Positions 48,201 through 57,119 of a stretch of 64,000 nt of DNA are shown here, one piece after another. Location: NCBI GenBank assembly GCA_947589505.1, contig CANQCF010000002.1, forward strand, positions 3,045-67,044. The letters are read 5' to 3'. The notes beneath the pieces are model-generated. The model had not been told where the DNA came from. It worked only from the letters and a program-made list of their open reading frames with translations, and searched no databases. The DNA comes from an uncultured Acetatifactor sp. (GTDB lineage Bacteria; Bacillota; Clostridia; Lachnospirales; Lachnospiraceae). The position numbers were made by a program, and so were the translations under genes. Every line of letters starts with the position of its first letter. The first letter of the stretch is position 1.

Positions 48201-48405
48201 AGGCGGAAAAACAGCTGATGTCCGCTCCGAAACCGGAGGCATTCGATGCCAGGATAATTCTTAAGACAAAGGCGGCGAGAAAGAGCAGGGGGATGGTAAA
48301 TTTTCCGATGGCGACAGAGTCGGCATGCCTGCCGGGAATCACCCAGCGCCATAAGACAACTGTAAAGATCACGCTGAAAACGGCCCAGAAATGCAGTGAA
48401 TTCAT
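45226..48405 (-). CDS. two-domain GT-C glycosyltransferase (Gpi18-like N-terminus plus PMT/GT39-like C-terminus)
   Basis: N-terminal DYPP, WGQIDS, MHERYLYP; C-terminal FDEIYHA, HPPLGK, SQTRIATID, ACKWTG, FIYHYFP. Confidence 0.85.
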   Translation of the reverse strand: MNSLHFWAVFSVIFTVVLWRWVIPGRHADSVAIGKFTIPLLFLAAFVLRIILASNASGFGADISCFSAWSERMVQTGPGQFYEEGYFSDYPPLYLYILWLIGWIRSLLSLKILSPAYLALLKLPSILADLGIGYLIYRIGRKHLGMLSGTALASIYLFQPVVLLNSCLWGQIDSLFTFLLLLVCILLEREKHFPAFLVYGLGILLKPQMLIFAPLILADVLGYAFHGGRFSLKRLLQTAGYGLLALILAILAAAPFGLDNVLGQYLDTLSSYPYASVNAYNFWCGIGLNWYPQDTVFLGMPCTSWGFLAIVLAVLFCLLIGYRFRRVSGRYPLMGAFLILTVFTFSVRMHERYLYPVMALLPAAFPGLAAGQLCGNLSQDSRRSGPALTRALRFGFTGLFTALACLHLYNTAHVLYYYNPADYSADAPILRNTGLGITLCALLFYVLLFTLRRQGERAAAASPRELRAAGMEDDIPVSSWQRKLTKTDLLLLALTTLLYSVFALRDLGDTSAPETVYEAAQDRTLHFTFAPTEKAASLSYYIAPEHDRSFQMEGADTDTLSGTDPLFAEEVSLEDVFTWTTLPLPAECAELSMTPLQGNTRIVEFVFLDAKGNPVRPLNAADYPELFDETDLYPLRFSFRNSMYFDEIYHARTAYEFLHGMRSYENTHPPLGKSLISLGIFLFGMNPFGWRIIGVLFGIAMLPILYLFAKSLTGYTPAAALTCWIFAFDFMHFSQTRIATIDVYIVFFIICMYYFLYRFLTADYWASLKKLLLPLALCGISMGLGVACKWTGVYAGIGMGILFFAHLALLSESYFLAKKNPDGRTGTYANRDILSIFPGRTLKILGFCLIFFVLVPGLIYLLSYLPFRDGNTAGLFERMLRNQKTMFDYHSSLNATHYFASPYYEWPLIVRPIWYYSGILSDTLREGISSFGNPFVWWMGIPAFVYMLYLYLMKRDKNAFFLLVGYLAQYIPWFFVTRITFIYHYFPSTVFVALMIGYSARCLLRNTSRRKALAVLLLYGAAVFGLFLLFYPVLSGQPVELAFAEKYLKWFKTWILVAG

Positions 48406-48415
48406 AAAAACCCCT

Positions 48416-48430
48416 CAATTTCAGAAAATT
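48416..48430. promoter_or_regulatory. candidate CodY box
   Basis: CAATTTCAGAAAATT matches AATTTTCWGAAAATT at 13 of 15 positions. Confidence 0.45.
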
Positions 48431-48454
48431 TTTATATTTTATAAAGGCAGAATC

Positions 48455-48509
48455 TGCTATAATGCTACATGATGTTAAAAATTATACCAGATAATCGTGA
48501 AAAAAGCAA
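48455..48509. promoter_or_regulatory. face-to-face sigma-A promoters for the divergent genes
   Basis: Plus strand TGcTATAAT (48455-63); minus strand TTGCTT (48509-04), 17 bp ending TGg, TATAAT (48486-81). Confidence 0.55.
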
Positions 48510-48635
48510 AGAAAGCTGAAATACGGCGAAAGACGCCGGAGCAGCCGGCCGGATTTTTTTGACTGGCGCTGAACATATATGGGATGTCGGCTTGAACGGG
48601 GCGACGCCCGGAATCTGTGAGAGAAAGAGGCGGAG

Positions 48636-49355
48636 ATGAAAGAGATTGACAGCAGCGGCTTTGTGGTATTTGAAAACGTAAAAAAGATCTACCGCACCGG
48701 GGAGGTTGAGATCGAGGCCCTGCACGATGTGAATTTTCAGATCGGGCAGGGGGAATTCTGCGTGATCGTAGGGGCTTCCGGGGCGGGGAAAACTACGATC
48801 CTGAATATCCTGGGCGGGATGGATACTCTTTCGGAGGGCAGGGTCCTCCTGGACGGAAAGGAGATCTCCGCTTTCGGAAAGCGGCAGCTTACCGCGTACC
48901 GGCGGTATGACGTGGGGTTCGTGTTCCAGTTCTACAACCTGGTCCAGAACCTGACCGCGCTGGAAAATGTGGAGCTGGCGGCCCAGATCTGCCGGGATCC
49001 GCTGGACGCGGCGGAGGTGCTGGAGGCGGTGGGGCTCGGGGAGAGAAAGCAGAATTTCCCGGCCCAGTTATCCGGGGGCGAACAGCAGAGGGTCGCCATC
49101 GCCAGGGCCCTGGCGAAGAATCCAAAGCTCCTTCTCTGTGACGAGCCCACGGGTGCTCTGGACTACCGCACCGGAAAGGCGGTGCTGGGGCTTTTGCAGA
49201 ACACCTGCCGGGAGACGGGGAAAACGGTGGTGGTGATCACCCATAACTCCGCCCTCTGCGCCATGGCCGACCGGGTGATCACCGTAAAGAGCGGCACGGT
49301 GGTGGATATGCGGACGAATGAGAACCCCCGGGATGTGGAGGAGATCGAGTGGTAG
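48636..49355 (+). CDS. ABC transporter ATP-binding protein (LolD/MacB type)
   Basis: [40 protein letters not shown]. Confidence 0.95.
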   Translation: MKEIDSSGFVVFENVKKIYRTGEVEIEALHDVNFQIGQGEFCVIVGASGAGKTTILNILGGMDTLSEGRVLLDGKEISAFGKRQLTAYRRYDVGFVFQFYNLVQNLTALENVELAAQICRDPLDAAEVLEAVGLGERKQNFPAQLSGGEQQRVAIARALAKNPKLLLCDEPTGALDYRTGKAVLGLLQNTCRETGKTVVVITHNSALCAMADRVITVKSGTVVDMRTNENPRDVEEIEW

Positions 49356-49448
49356 GACGGCTCTGGGGGGCGTCGTGAGGAATCGTTTCTGAAAGCTTAT
49401 ATTTATGCAGATAATTTATGTGAAACTTAGAACTGAGGATGAAGTGAG

Positions 49449-52400
49449 ATGAAGCGTTCTATGATCCGTAGATCCACCTATCGGGAGATCCGGGGGAGCC
49501 TGGGGAGGTTCCTGGCGATCCTTGCCATTGTGGCCCTTGGCGTGGGGCTTTTTGCCGGGCTGAAGATCACGAAGGCGGACTTTTTAAAATCCATGAGCAG
49601 GTATTTTCAGGAGACTTCCTTTTACGACTATCGGATCCTGGGCGGGCTGGGCTTTTCGGAGGAACAGGTGAAGTATTTTGCTTCTTTGGACGGTGTGGAA
49701 GCAGCGGAGGGAGCCCTGTACGCGGATATGCTGTTCGATGAAGAGGGAGCCTCGGGGCGGGTGGGACGTTTCCACAGCATCACGGAGGATGTGAACCGTG
49801 TGGTCCTGACCGCAGGGCGTATGCCGGAGAAGGCGGGGGAGTGCCTGGCGGATTCCAAGATGTTTTCCGAGAGCGCCATCGGGACGTCCATCACCTTCAG
49901 CCCGGATAACGATTCCGACAGTCTTGATCAGTTTCAGGAGGACACCTATGAGATCGTGGGGCTGGCAAAGTCCCCCCTTTATATCCAGTACGAACGGGGA
50001 AATACCTCCCTTGGCGACGGCACCATAGACGCGTTCTTCTATCTGCCGAAGGAGAGCTTTTCCGCGGATTATGTTACAGAGATCTATGTCCGGTTCCGGG
50101 AGGATTTTGACCTCTATTCCGACGAGTATGCGGATTTTATGGACGGGAAGGAGCCTCTTTTTGAGGACGCCGTGCAGGAGGCCTGCCGGATGCGGTTCGA
50201 GGAGCTTCCCGGGCTGATCGCGGACGCGGAGGAAACGCTTGCCCGGGAAAAGGAAGATGCCTGGAAGGAACTGGAGGAGGCGAGAGAGGAACTGGAGGAC
50301 GCCAAAGCCGAACTGGATCAGGCGGACGAGACGATCCGGGACGGCAGGCGGCAGCTTTCGGAGGGCCGGGAGGAGACGGCCCAGGCGGAGCGGGACCTTT
50401 CGGAGGCGAAGGAGACCGTGGCCGAAAAAAAAGCCCAGCTGGAGCAGGGGATCCTGGATCTGGAGGCGGGACAGAAAGAGATCGAAGAGAATGAAAAGAC
50501 CCTCTCGGAAAAGGAGGCGGAGTTGGAGCAGGGCAAGAGCCTTCTCTCCGCCTCGGAGATGACCCTGCAGCTGGGAGAGATGCAGCAGAAACTCACGATG
50601 GAGGGGCTGATCTCCGAGCAGAAATCCATCGACTCCGCTCAGGCGGAGCTGGACCGCAGGAGCGCTTCCGCGGACGCCCTGGAGGCAGCTGCGGAGCAGC
50701 TTGGCCTGGGGGACGCCTACGCGGAGCGCATCGCAAAGGAAAGGGAGGAAATCGCCGGGGAGCAGGCTAAGCTGGATCTTCAGCTGACGGATCTGCACAA
50801 CCGCTATCTGGAGGCCTTAAAGACGGGGGATCAGATCCAGTCGGGAAGAGCGGAGCTGGAGAAGAGTCGGAAGGAGGTCCAGGAAGGGGAAACGGCCCTG
50901 CAGGAGGGAAAGGAGAAACTCCTTCAGGGCAAGGAAGAACTGCTTGCTGCAAAGAGGGAGATCGAGGACGGCAGGACGGCCATCCGGGAGGCAGAGCAGG
51001 AGATCCGGCAGGGTGAAAAAGATCTGGAAGAGGGGAAAAAGACCCTGGAGGAAAAAGAGGCGGAGCTGGAGGACGGCGTCCGGGAATATCAGGAGGGTCT
51101 CGAGGCATATCAGGAGGGCCTTGCGGAGTACAACGACGGACTGAGGGAATACCAGGAGAAGATCGCCGATGCGGAAGAGGCGATCCAAAAACAAAAGGAC
51201 CAGCTGGAAGAGGGAACGGTGCCGGAGGGGTATCTTCTGGGGAGAAACACGAACATCGGCTATGTGTGTTTTGAGAACGACTCCGCTATCGTGGACGGCA
51301 TCGCCAATGTCTTCCCGGTCTTTTTCTTCCTGGTGGCGGCCCTGGTCTGCATCACCACCATGAACCGCATGGTGGAGGAACAGCGGACCCAGATCGGCGT
51401 CCTGAAAGCGCTGGGGTATTCGGACGGCGCTATCATGTCAAAGTATATCTTTTATTCCGGCCTGGCGGCGGTGAGCGGCTGCGCGGTCGGCTATGCCGGG
51501 GGCACCCACCTCTTTCCGTTTATCATCTGGACGGTGTACGGGATCATGTATCAGGCAGGGCCCATCGCCTTTGTGTTCAGCCCGGGATTGGCTCTTTTGT
51601 CCCTGGCGGTATCCCTGCTCTGCAGCGTCGGCGCGACCTACCTCTCCTGCGGGAAAGAGCTGGGCGGCTGGGCAGCGGAGCTGATGCGGCCCAAGGCTCC
51701 GAAGGCGGGGAAAAGGGTGTTTCTGGAATATGTCCCCTTTGTGTGGAAGCGGCTGAGTTTTTTGAGGAAAGTGGCGGTGCGCAATATCATGCGCTACAAA
51801 AAGAGGCTCTTTATGATGGTCCTGGGGATCGGGGGCTGTACGGGCCTTCTCCTGACCGGTTTCGGGATCAAGGATTCCATCGCCGACGTGGGCGGGATGC
51901 AGTATGGGGAGATCCACCGCTATGACATCAGCGTTCTGCTTCAGGATGAGGTTAACGCCGCGTTTCAGGAAAAGCTGGAGTCCCTGTCGGAAAAGGGGCT
52001 GAAGGATTTTCTCGCCCTGCAGGAGAGCACCCAGGACCTTTCGGACGGCGAAAAGCAGAAGTCGGTGACGGCGGTGGTCCTGCCGGAAGGGATCTCCGAT
52101 GAGGAGTTGAGAAGCTTTATAGACCTGCACACCCCGGAGGGAGAGCCTATCGCGCCGCCCGGACCGGGGGAAGCGGTGCTCACGGATAAGATGGCGGAGG
52201 AATTCGGCGTTTCGGAGGGAGATACGATTCTGCTTCTGGACAGCGACAGGAGGGAGATGCGGCTCACAGTCTCCGGCATCGCCAGGAATTATATCTACAA
52301 TTACGTTTATCTGGGACAGGGAACCTGGGAGAAAGAAAGAGGGGAGAAATTTTCCCCCAAGACCGTCTATCTGAACCTGAAAGAGGGCTTTGAGCCCAGC

Positions 52401-52895
52401 GGGCTCTCCGCCGCCGTCATGGACCTGGAGGGCGTCGCAAGCCTGTCGGTTACCCGGGATATGCTGGAGCGCTTTGACAGGATGATGTCCAGTCTGAATC
52501 TGATCGTGGTGGTGGTGATCTTCTGCGCCGCGGGACTGGCCTTTATCGTCCTGTATAACCTGACAAACATCAATATCACGGAGAGGATCCGGGAGATCGC
52601 GACCATAAAAGTCCTGGGCTTTTTCTCCGGGGAGACGGCCCTCTACGTCTTCCGGGAGAACATGGTGCTGACCTTCCTGGGGGCGCTGGCCGGCCTGGGG
52701 ATGGGAAAATGGCTCCACGCCTTCGTCATGCGGGAAATCAATGTGGATATGGTGTCCTTTGACGTGCGGATCCTGCCCGTGAGTTACCTCTACAGCGTAT
52801 TGCTGACCTTTGTCTTCGCCCTGGGGGTCAACCTTTTGATGAACCGGAAACTGGAGAACATCAGCATGACGGAGAGTTTAAAGAGTGTGGATTAG
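49449..52895 (+). CDS. FtsX/MacB-like ABC permease with a long extracellular coiled coil
   Basis: Two FtsX-like halves (EEQRTQIGVLKALG; ERIREIATIKVLG) separated by a several-hundred-residue coiled coil. Confidence 0.92.
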   Translation: MKRSMIRRSTYREIRGSLGRFLAILAIVALGVGLFAGLKITKADFLKSMSRYFQETSFYDYRILGGLGFSEEQVKYFASLDGVEAAEGALYADMLFDEEGASGRVGRFHSITEDVNRVVLTAGRMPEKAGECLADSKMFSESAIGTSITFSPDNDSDSLDQFQEDTYEIVGLAKSPLYIQYERGNTSLGDGTIDAFFYLPKESFSADYVTEIYVRFREDFDLYSDEYADFMDGKEPLFEDAVQEACRMRFEELPGLIADAEETLAREKEDAWKELEEAREELEDAKAELDQADETIRDGRRQLSEGREETAQAERDLSEAKETVAEKKAQLEQGILDLEAGQKEIEENEKTLSEKEAELEQGKSLLSASEMTLQLGEMQQKLTMEGLISEQKSIDSAQAELDRRSASADALEAAAEQLGLGDAYAERIAKEREEIAGEQAKLDLQLTDLHNRYLEALKTGDQIQSGRAELEKSRKEVQEGETALQEGKEKLLQGKEELLAAKREIEDGRTAIREAEQEIRQGEKDLEEGKKTLEEKEAELEDGVREYQEGLEAYQEGLAEYNDGLREYQEKIADAEEAIQKQKDQLEEGTVPEGYLLGRNTNIGYVCFENDSAIVDGIANVFPVFFFLVAALVCITTMNRMVEEQRTQIGVLKALGYSDGAIMSKYIFYSGLAAVSGCAVGYAGGTHLFPFIIWTVYGIMYQAGPIAFVFSPGLALLSLAVSLLCSVGATYLSCGKELGGWAAELMRPKAPKAGKRVFLEYVPFVWKRLSFLRKVAVRNIMRYKKRLFMMVLGIGGCTGLLLTGFGIKDSIADVGGMQYGEIHRYDISVLLQDEVNAAFQEKLESLSEKGLKDFLALQESTQDLSDGEKQKSVTAVVLPEGISDEELRSFIDLHTPEGEPIAPPGPGEAVLTDKMAEEFGVSEGDTILLLDSDRREMRLTVSGIARNYIYNYVYLGQGTWEKERGEKFSPKTVYLNLKEGFEPSGLSAAVMDLEGVASLSVTRDMLERFDRMMSSLNLIVVVVIFCAAGLAFIVLYNLTNINITERIREIATIKVLGFFSGETALYVFRENMVLTFLGALAGLGMGKWLHAFVMREINVDMVSFDVRILPVSYLYSVLLTFVFALGVNLLMNRKLENISMTESLKSVD

Positions 52896-52974
52896 GCGTT
52901 CTCTCAGCCGCCGGCCGGACGGAAGGCCCCGTGCAAGCACGGCCTTCCGTCCGGCTCGGCGGCTGGCTGAATTG
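52894..52974. repeat. 81-bp palindromic REP/MITE-like element (module A, inverted copy)
   Basis: Long imperfect hairpin; reverse complement of 55739-55819 with 4 mismatches. Confidence 0.9.
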
Positions 52975-53032
52975 TTAAGTATGTTACCGACTGGTTACGA
53001 ATATTACGAAAATATGTCTAAATTGACTGAAT

Positions 53033-53078
53033 TCTTTAGGAAATCTTAAGAGACAAACGGGAAAAAGTGTGGTATACT
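53033..53078 (+). promoter_or_regulatory. probable activator-dependent promoter with an OmpR-type direct repeat
   Basis: TCTTTAG (53033) and TCTTAAG (53044) 11 bp apart, poor -35, TGgTATACT -10 (53070-78). Confidence 0.5.
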
Positions 53079-53230
53079 GTATTCGTTTGAAAATGAGGCG
53101 GCGGAAAGAGTTTTCAGAAGTTCTGAGTCAGAAAGAAAGCTGCGGCCGGCTGCCGGAGAAAGGATCAGGAGAAGAGGGTTCTGGCTGCTGCGGTTCCGGG
53201 CGGGAAGCGCGGCGGAAGGAGGAAATTTTT

Positions 53231-55735
53231 ATGAAAAAGAAAACAAGAAAATTTGGGAAGTGCGCGGCGGTACTTCTTTCTGCGGCGCTTCTGCTCACAT
53301 CGGCCTGCGGAAAGACTGATGAGAAGGGCGGCGGCACTCCCGGCAAGGGAGAAAGTGTGGCGGAGGAGCTTGTGCCCGAGTATGTTTATACGGCGGACTA
53401 TATCCCGCTGGAGGAAGAGCAGAGTTATTACGATGCCCAGATCGTGGGAGGAAATCTCTACAATATCCGTTATTCAAATGATGGGACATCTGACAGTACC
53501 TTCCTGGCGAAAAGCGCTATTCAGGAAGACGGTCTTGGAGAATCGGAGAATGTTGTTTCCCTTGAAGGAGGGAACAGTGTGGATCAGTATTATGTAGCGG
53601 ACAATGGGGAGATTTTTATGGTGGTTTCCCACCGGCCTGAGTTTTATTACGAAACTTTCGAGGGGGACGGATCTGCAGACGGAGAGGATGCGCAGGATCC
53701 AGAGTCGGAAGACGGCGCTTCCGGAGACGATGTTTCGGGGGAAGGCGATATTTCCGAAGAGGGCGGGGAGGAATTCCTGCCGGAGGAAGGACAGTCCGGG
53801 GAATTTAATGATGAAGGCGAAGATACCGCAAAATATTTCCTGCGCAGATACAGCGCCGGCGGAGAATTGCTCTACGAGACGGATCTTGCGGATCTGGCAG
53901 AGGGACAGGACTATTTTTACGTCCGCAATTTAGCTGCGGATGGCCAGGGGAGGGCTTACCTCTGCCTGGAGGATGGGATCATGCTATATGATGAAAACGG
54001 CGCCCAGAAGGGAAAGGTCGAGTTTGGAAACGGCATTTCCTGGGTGGAAAGCATGGGTACAGGAAAAGACGGGAAGCTCTATGTCAGTTATTACAAGATC
54101 GGTGAAAATGGCGGCGGCTATGTCCTGAACGAACTGGATTTTGAAAATAAAAAGTTTGGCGCGTCCTTCGAAAATTTTGGCAGCGGAAATAACGGCATAT
54201 TCCGCAGTGGAAAGGACAAAGATTTTCTCGTCTATGACCAGGACGGCCTTTATGAGTACAGTCTTGCAGATCAGGCATCGGAGAAGATCCTGAGCTGGCT
54301 GGACTGTGATATTGACGGTTCGAACGTGGGGACTGCCGCTGTTGACCCGAATGGGAAGATCATCGTGCTGACCCGGGACTGGTCGGATGACAACCGGCAG
54401 GAGATCGCTCTGCTTCACAAGGTGAAGTCCGAGGAAGTGGCCCAGAGAGAGACTATCGTCCTGGGGATGCTGGGCAGTGATTCCTCGACTAACTCGCGAG
54501 TGGTTGAGTTTAATAAGTCCAGTGACAAGTACCGCATCATCGTAAAGACTTATATGGATTCCAACAGTTGGAGCGAGACCACTTATCAGGACGCCATCAC
54601 GAACTTTACCAACGATCTGACGTCCGATAACGGGCCGGATATTCTGGATATCTCGTCCCTGAACCTGGATCTGGCGAATTATGTGAGAAAGGGAGTTGTC
54701 GAGGATCTGACTCCTTATCTGGATAACAGCACTGTCCTTGACCGCTCGGATTTCTTTGAGCGCATCCTGGAGGGAGCTACCTACGACGGCACGCTGGCCT
54801 TTATCCCCTCCACATTTACGCTGGCTACGCTGGCGGCGAAAGCTTCAGAGGTGGGGGATCAGCCCGGCTGGACCCTGACGGATCTGATCGCTTATTCTGA
54901 AGCCCATCCGGACGCGGAACTGATGGAGTACGCCAACCGGGAATCCATCCTGCGGATGATGCTGATGCTGAACCAAAATGAATATCTGGATCTCTCCACC
55001 GGAGAGTGCCGGTTCAACTCGCCGGAGTTTAAGGAACTTCTCACCTTTGCAAACTCATTTTCGGAGGATTTTGATTTTAATGACAATAGGCCGACGCCCA
55101 TGAAGATTGCGGACGGTTCCCTGCTTCTGGCGGACGCTTCCATCTATGATTTCCAGGAGGTACAGGTCGTTCAGGCTTATTTTGACGGGGACGTGACCTT
55201 TATCGGCTATCCCACGAAAGGGGACAGCAACGGGTGTCTTCTTCACCCGGGAAACGGCTATGTGATCAATGCCAAATCCGGACACAAGGACGGCGCATGG
55301 GCTTTCCTGGAGTCGATTCTGGCAAGAGATATCACGGAAGACTGGAACAGCTTCGGATTCCCCTCCCGGAAATCTCTGTATGAAAAGCTGAAGGAGAGGG
55401 CTACGAAGGTAGAATATGTTCTGGATGAAAACGGCGACCCGCTTCTGGACGAGAACGGCGATCCCATAGAGATGGGCAGCGGCGGAGGCATGACCTGGGG
55501 CGGCGACGACGGCGAGCAGTGGTCCTACACGTACCACACAACCACCCCGGAGGAAGCGGCCGTTGTGGAGGAACTGCTTCAGAACGCGACGTTCTTCAGT
55601 TACAGTTTTGACGATGAGCTGATGACGATCATCTCCGAGGGCGCCGACGCCTACTTTAAGGGCGATAAATCCGTTGACGAAGCCGTGGAAGTGATCCAGA
55701 ACCGCGCGAGCCTGTATGTGAAGGAAAACATGTAG
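53231..55735 (+). CDS. large lipoprotein: beta-rich N-terminal region plus family 1 solute-binding domain
   Basis: AAGGAGG RBS, lipobox LTSAC, C-terminal VEFNK, GPDIL, DLTPYL, FIGYP, AWAFL, IQNRASLY. Confidence 0.88.
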   Translation: MKKKTRKFGKCAAVLLSAALLLTSACGKTDEKGGGTPGKGESVAEELVPEYVYTADYIPLEEEQSYYDAQIVGGNLYNIRYSNDGTSDSTFLAKSAIQEDGLGESENVVSLEGGNSVDQYYVADNGEIFMVVSHRPEFYYETFEGDGSADGEDAQDPESEDGASGDDVSGEGDISEEGGEEFLPEEGQSGEFNDEGEDTAKYFLRRYSAGGELLYETDLADLAEGQDYFYVRNLAADGQGRAYLCLEDGIMLYDENGAQKGKVEFGNGISWVESMGTGKDGKLYVSYYKIGENGGGYVLNELDFENKKFGASFENFGSGNNGIFRSGKDKDFLVYDQDGLYEYSLADQASEKILSWLDCDIDGSNVGTAAVDPNGKIIVLTRDWSDDNRQEIALLHKVKSEEVAQRETIVLGMLGSDSSTNSRVVEFNKSSDKYRIIVKTYMDSNSWSETTYQDAITNFTNDLTSDNGPDILDISSLNLDLANYVRKGVVEDLTPYLDNSTVLDRSDFFERILEGATYDGTLAFIPSTFTLATLAAKASEVGDQPGWTLTDLIAYSEAHPDAELMEYANRESILRMMLMLNQNEYLDLSTGECRFNSPEFKELLTFANSFSEDFDFNDNRPTPMKIADGSLLLADASIYDFQEVQVVQAYFDGDVTFIGYPTKGDSNGCLLHPGNGYVINAKSGHKDGAWAFLESILARDITEDWNSFGFPSRKSLYEKLKERATKVEYVLDENGDPLLDENGDPIEMGSGGGMTWGGDDGEQWSYTYHTTTPEEAAVVEELLQNATFFSYSFDDELMTIISEGADAYFKGDKSVDEAVEVIQNRASLYVKENM

Positions 55736-55737
55736 CC

Positions 55738-56127
55738 CCAGTTCAGCCAGCCGCCGAGCCAGACGGAAGGCCGTGCTTGCACGGGGCCTTCCGTCTGGCC
55801 GGCGGCTGAGGGAACGCCTTTTCATGAGCAAAGGGAGCTGCGAAGCAGCGGAAAGCGCCGCAGGCGCGGCTTTGCGAATGAAAAAGCGTTGCTGAACTGG
55901 CAAGAAAAGGGACGGAAGGCCGTGCTTGCACGGGGCCTTCCGTCTGGCCGGCGGCTGAGGGAACGCCTTTTCATGAGCAAAGGGAGCTGCGAAGCAGCGG
56001 AAAGCGCGTCAGCGCGGCTTTGCGAATGAAAAAGCGTTGCTGAACTGGCAAGAAAAGGGACGGAACGCCTTTTCATGAGCAAAGGGAGCTGCGAAGCAGC
56101 GGAAAGCGCGTCAGCGCGGCTTTGCGA
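55738..56127. repeat. mosaic array of palindromic modules A-B-A'-B-B' (MITE/BIME-like)
   Basis: A 55739-55819; B 55813-55890, 55962-56038, 56064-56127; A' 55911-55960; 10-bp inverted repeat CCAGTTCAGC/GCTGAACTGG bounds 55738-55900. Confidence 0.9.
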
Positions 56128-56171
56128 TATTATCTACCAAATTTATTGTCTGAGGGAACGAGGTTTTTGTT

Positions 56172-57119
56172 TTGGATAAGAAAGTAAAACTGTCAAAGGC
56201 GAAAACAGAATCGGAACAGCCTGTCAAGGCAAAGGTGAAGGTCAAACAGAACACGAAGCGGCTCCGCAAGCTGAAATTCAGCTCCGGGCTCTTTATCGCC
56301 CCGGGATTTATCGGGGTTCTGACCTTTTTCCTCCTGCCCTTTTTGGTGATCATCTATTACTCCATGGTGGATAACCCCATCAATGCGGAGTTTGTGGGAC
56401 TGCAGAATTTCGCAAGCGTGGCGGGAAACGCGGCCTTTCGGACGGCGGTGAAAAACACGGTGGTATTCTCGGCCCTGGCGGTGCCGCTGGCGGTTGTGCT
56501 CAGCCTGCTGCTGGCCATCGTGCTGGAGTCCAAGATCCCCTTTAGGAGCCAGTTCAGGACATTTTTCCTGAGTCCCATGATGGTGCCGGTTGCCTCTATT
56601 GTGTTGATCTGGCAGGTGCTCTTTCATCTGAATGGCGCAGTGAACGAGGTCTTGATGAGATTCGGGATTGACCGGATTGACTGGATGAACTCCGGATATT
56701 CCGTGATCGTCACGGTGATCCTCTTTCTCTGGAAGAACCTGGGCTACAACATGATCCTGTTCATGGCTGCGCTGTCCAGTATCCCGAAGGATATCCTGGA
56801 AGTGGCGAGGATGGAGAGCGCAAAACCGATACAGACCTTCTTTTACATAAAGATAAGGTATCTCTCTTCGACAATTTTGTTTGTGACGATCATGTCCCTG
56901 ATCAACTCCTTTAAGATCTTCCGGGAGATTTACCTTTTGACCACGGACTATCCTTATGACTCGGTCTACATGCTGCAGCATTACATGAACAACAAATTTA
57001 AGAAGCTGGATTATCAGGCCTTAAGCGCGGGTGCGATCATGATGTCCCTTGTGATGATCGTGATCATTGGCCTTCTCTTCATTGTGGAGGACCACTTCGG
57101 AAAGGATGTGGAGGGTTGA
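56172..57119 (+). CDS. CUT1-family ABC importer permease (MalF/UgpA-like)
   Basis: FVGLQNF, WKNLGYNMILFMAAL, EAA-like ILEVARMESA; TTG start. Confidence 0.9.
   Translation: MDKKVKLSKAKTESEQPVKAKVKVKQNTKRLRKLKFSSGLFIAPGFIGVLTFFLLPFLVIIYYSMVDNPINAEFVGLQNFASVAGNAAFRTAVKNTVVFSALAVPLAVVLSLLLAIVLESKIPFRSQFRTFFLSPMMVPVASIVLIWQVLFHLNGAVNEVLMRFGIDRIDWMNSGYSVIVTVILFLWKNLGYNMILFMAALSSIPKDILEVARMESAKPIQTFFYIKIRYLSSTILFVTIMSLINSFKIFREIYLLTTDYPYDSVYMLQHYMNNKFKKLDYQALSAGAIMMSLVMIVIIGLLFIVEDHFGKDVEG

Noticed and set aside
55813-55890. tRNA or tRNA-like gene (branched fold)
   Set aside because: No T-loop GTTCRA, D-loop or anticodon arm; it is a repeat module
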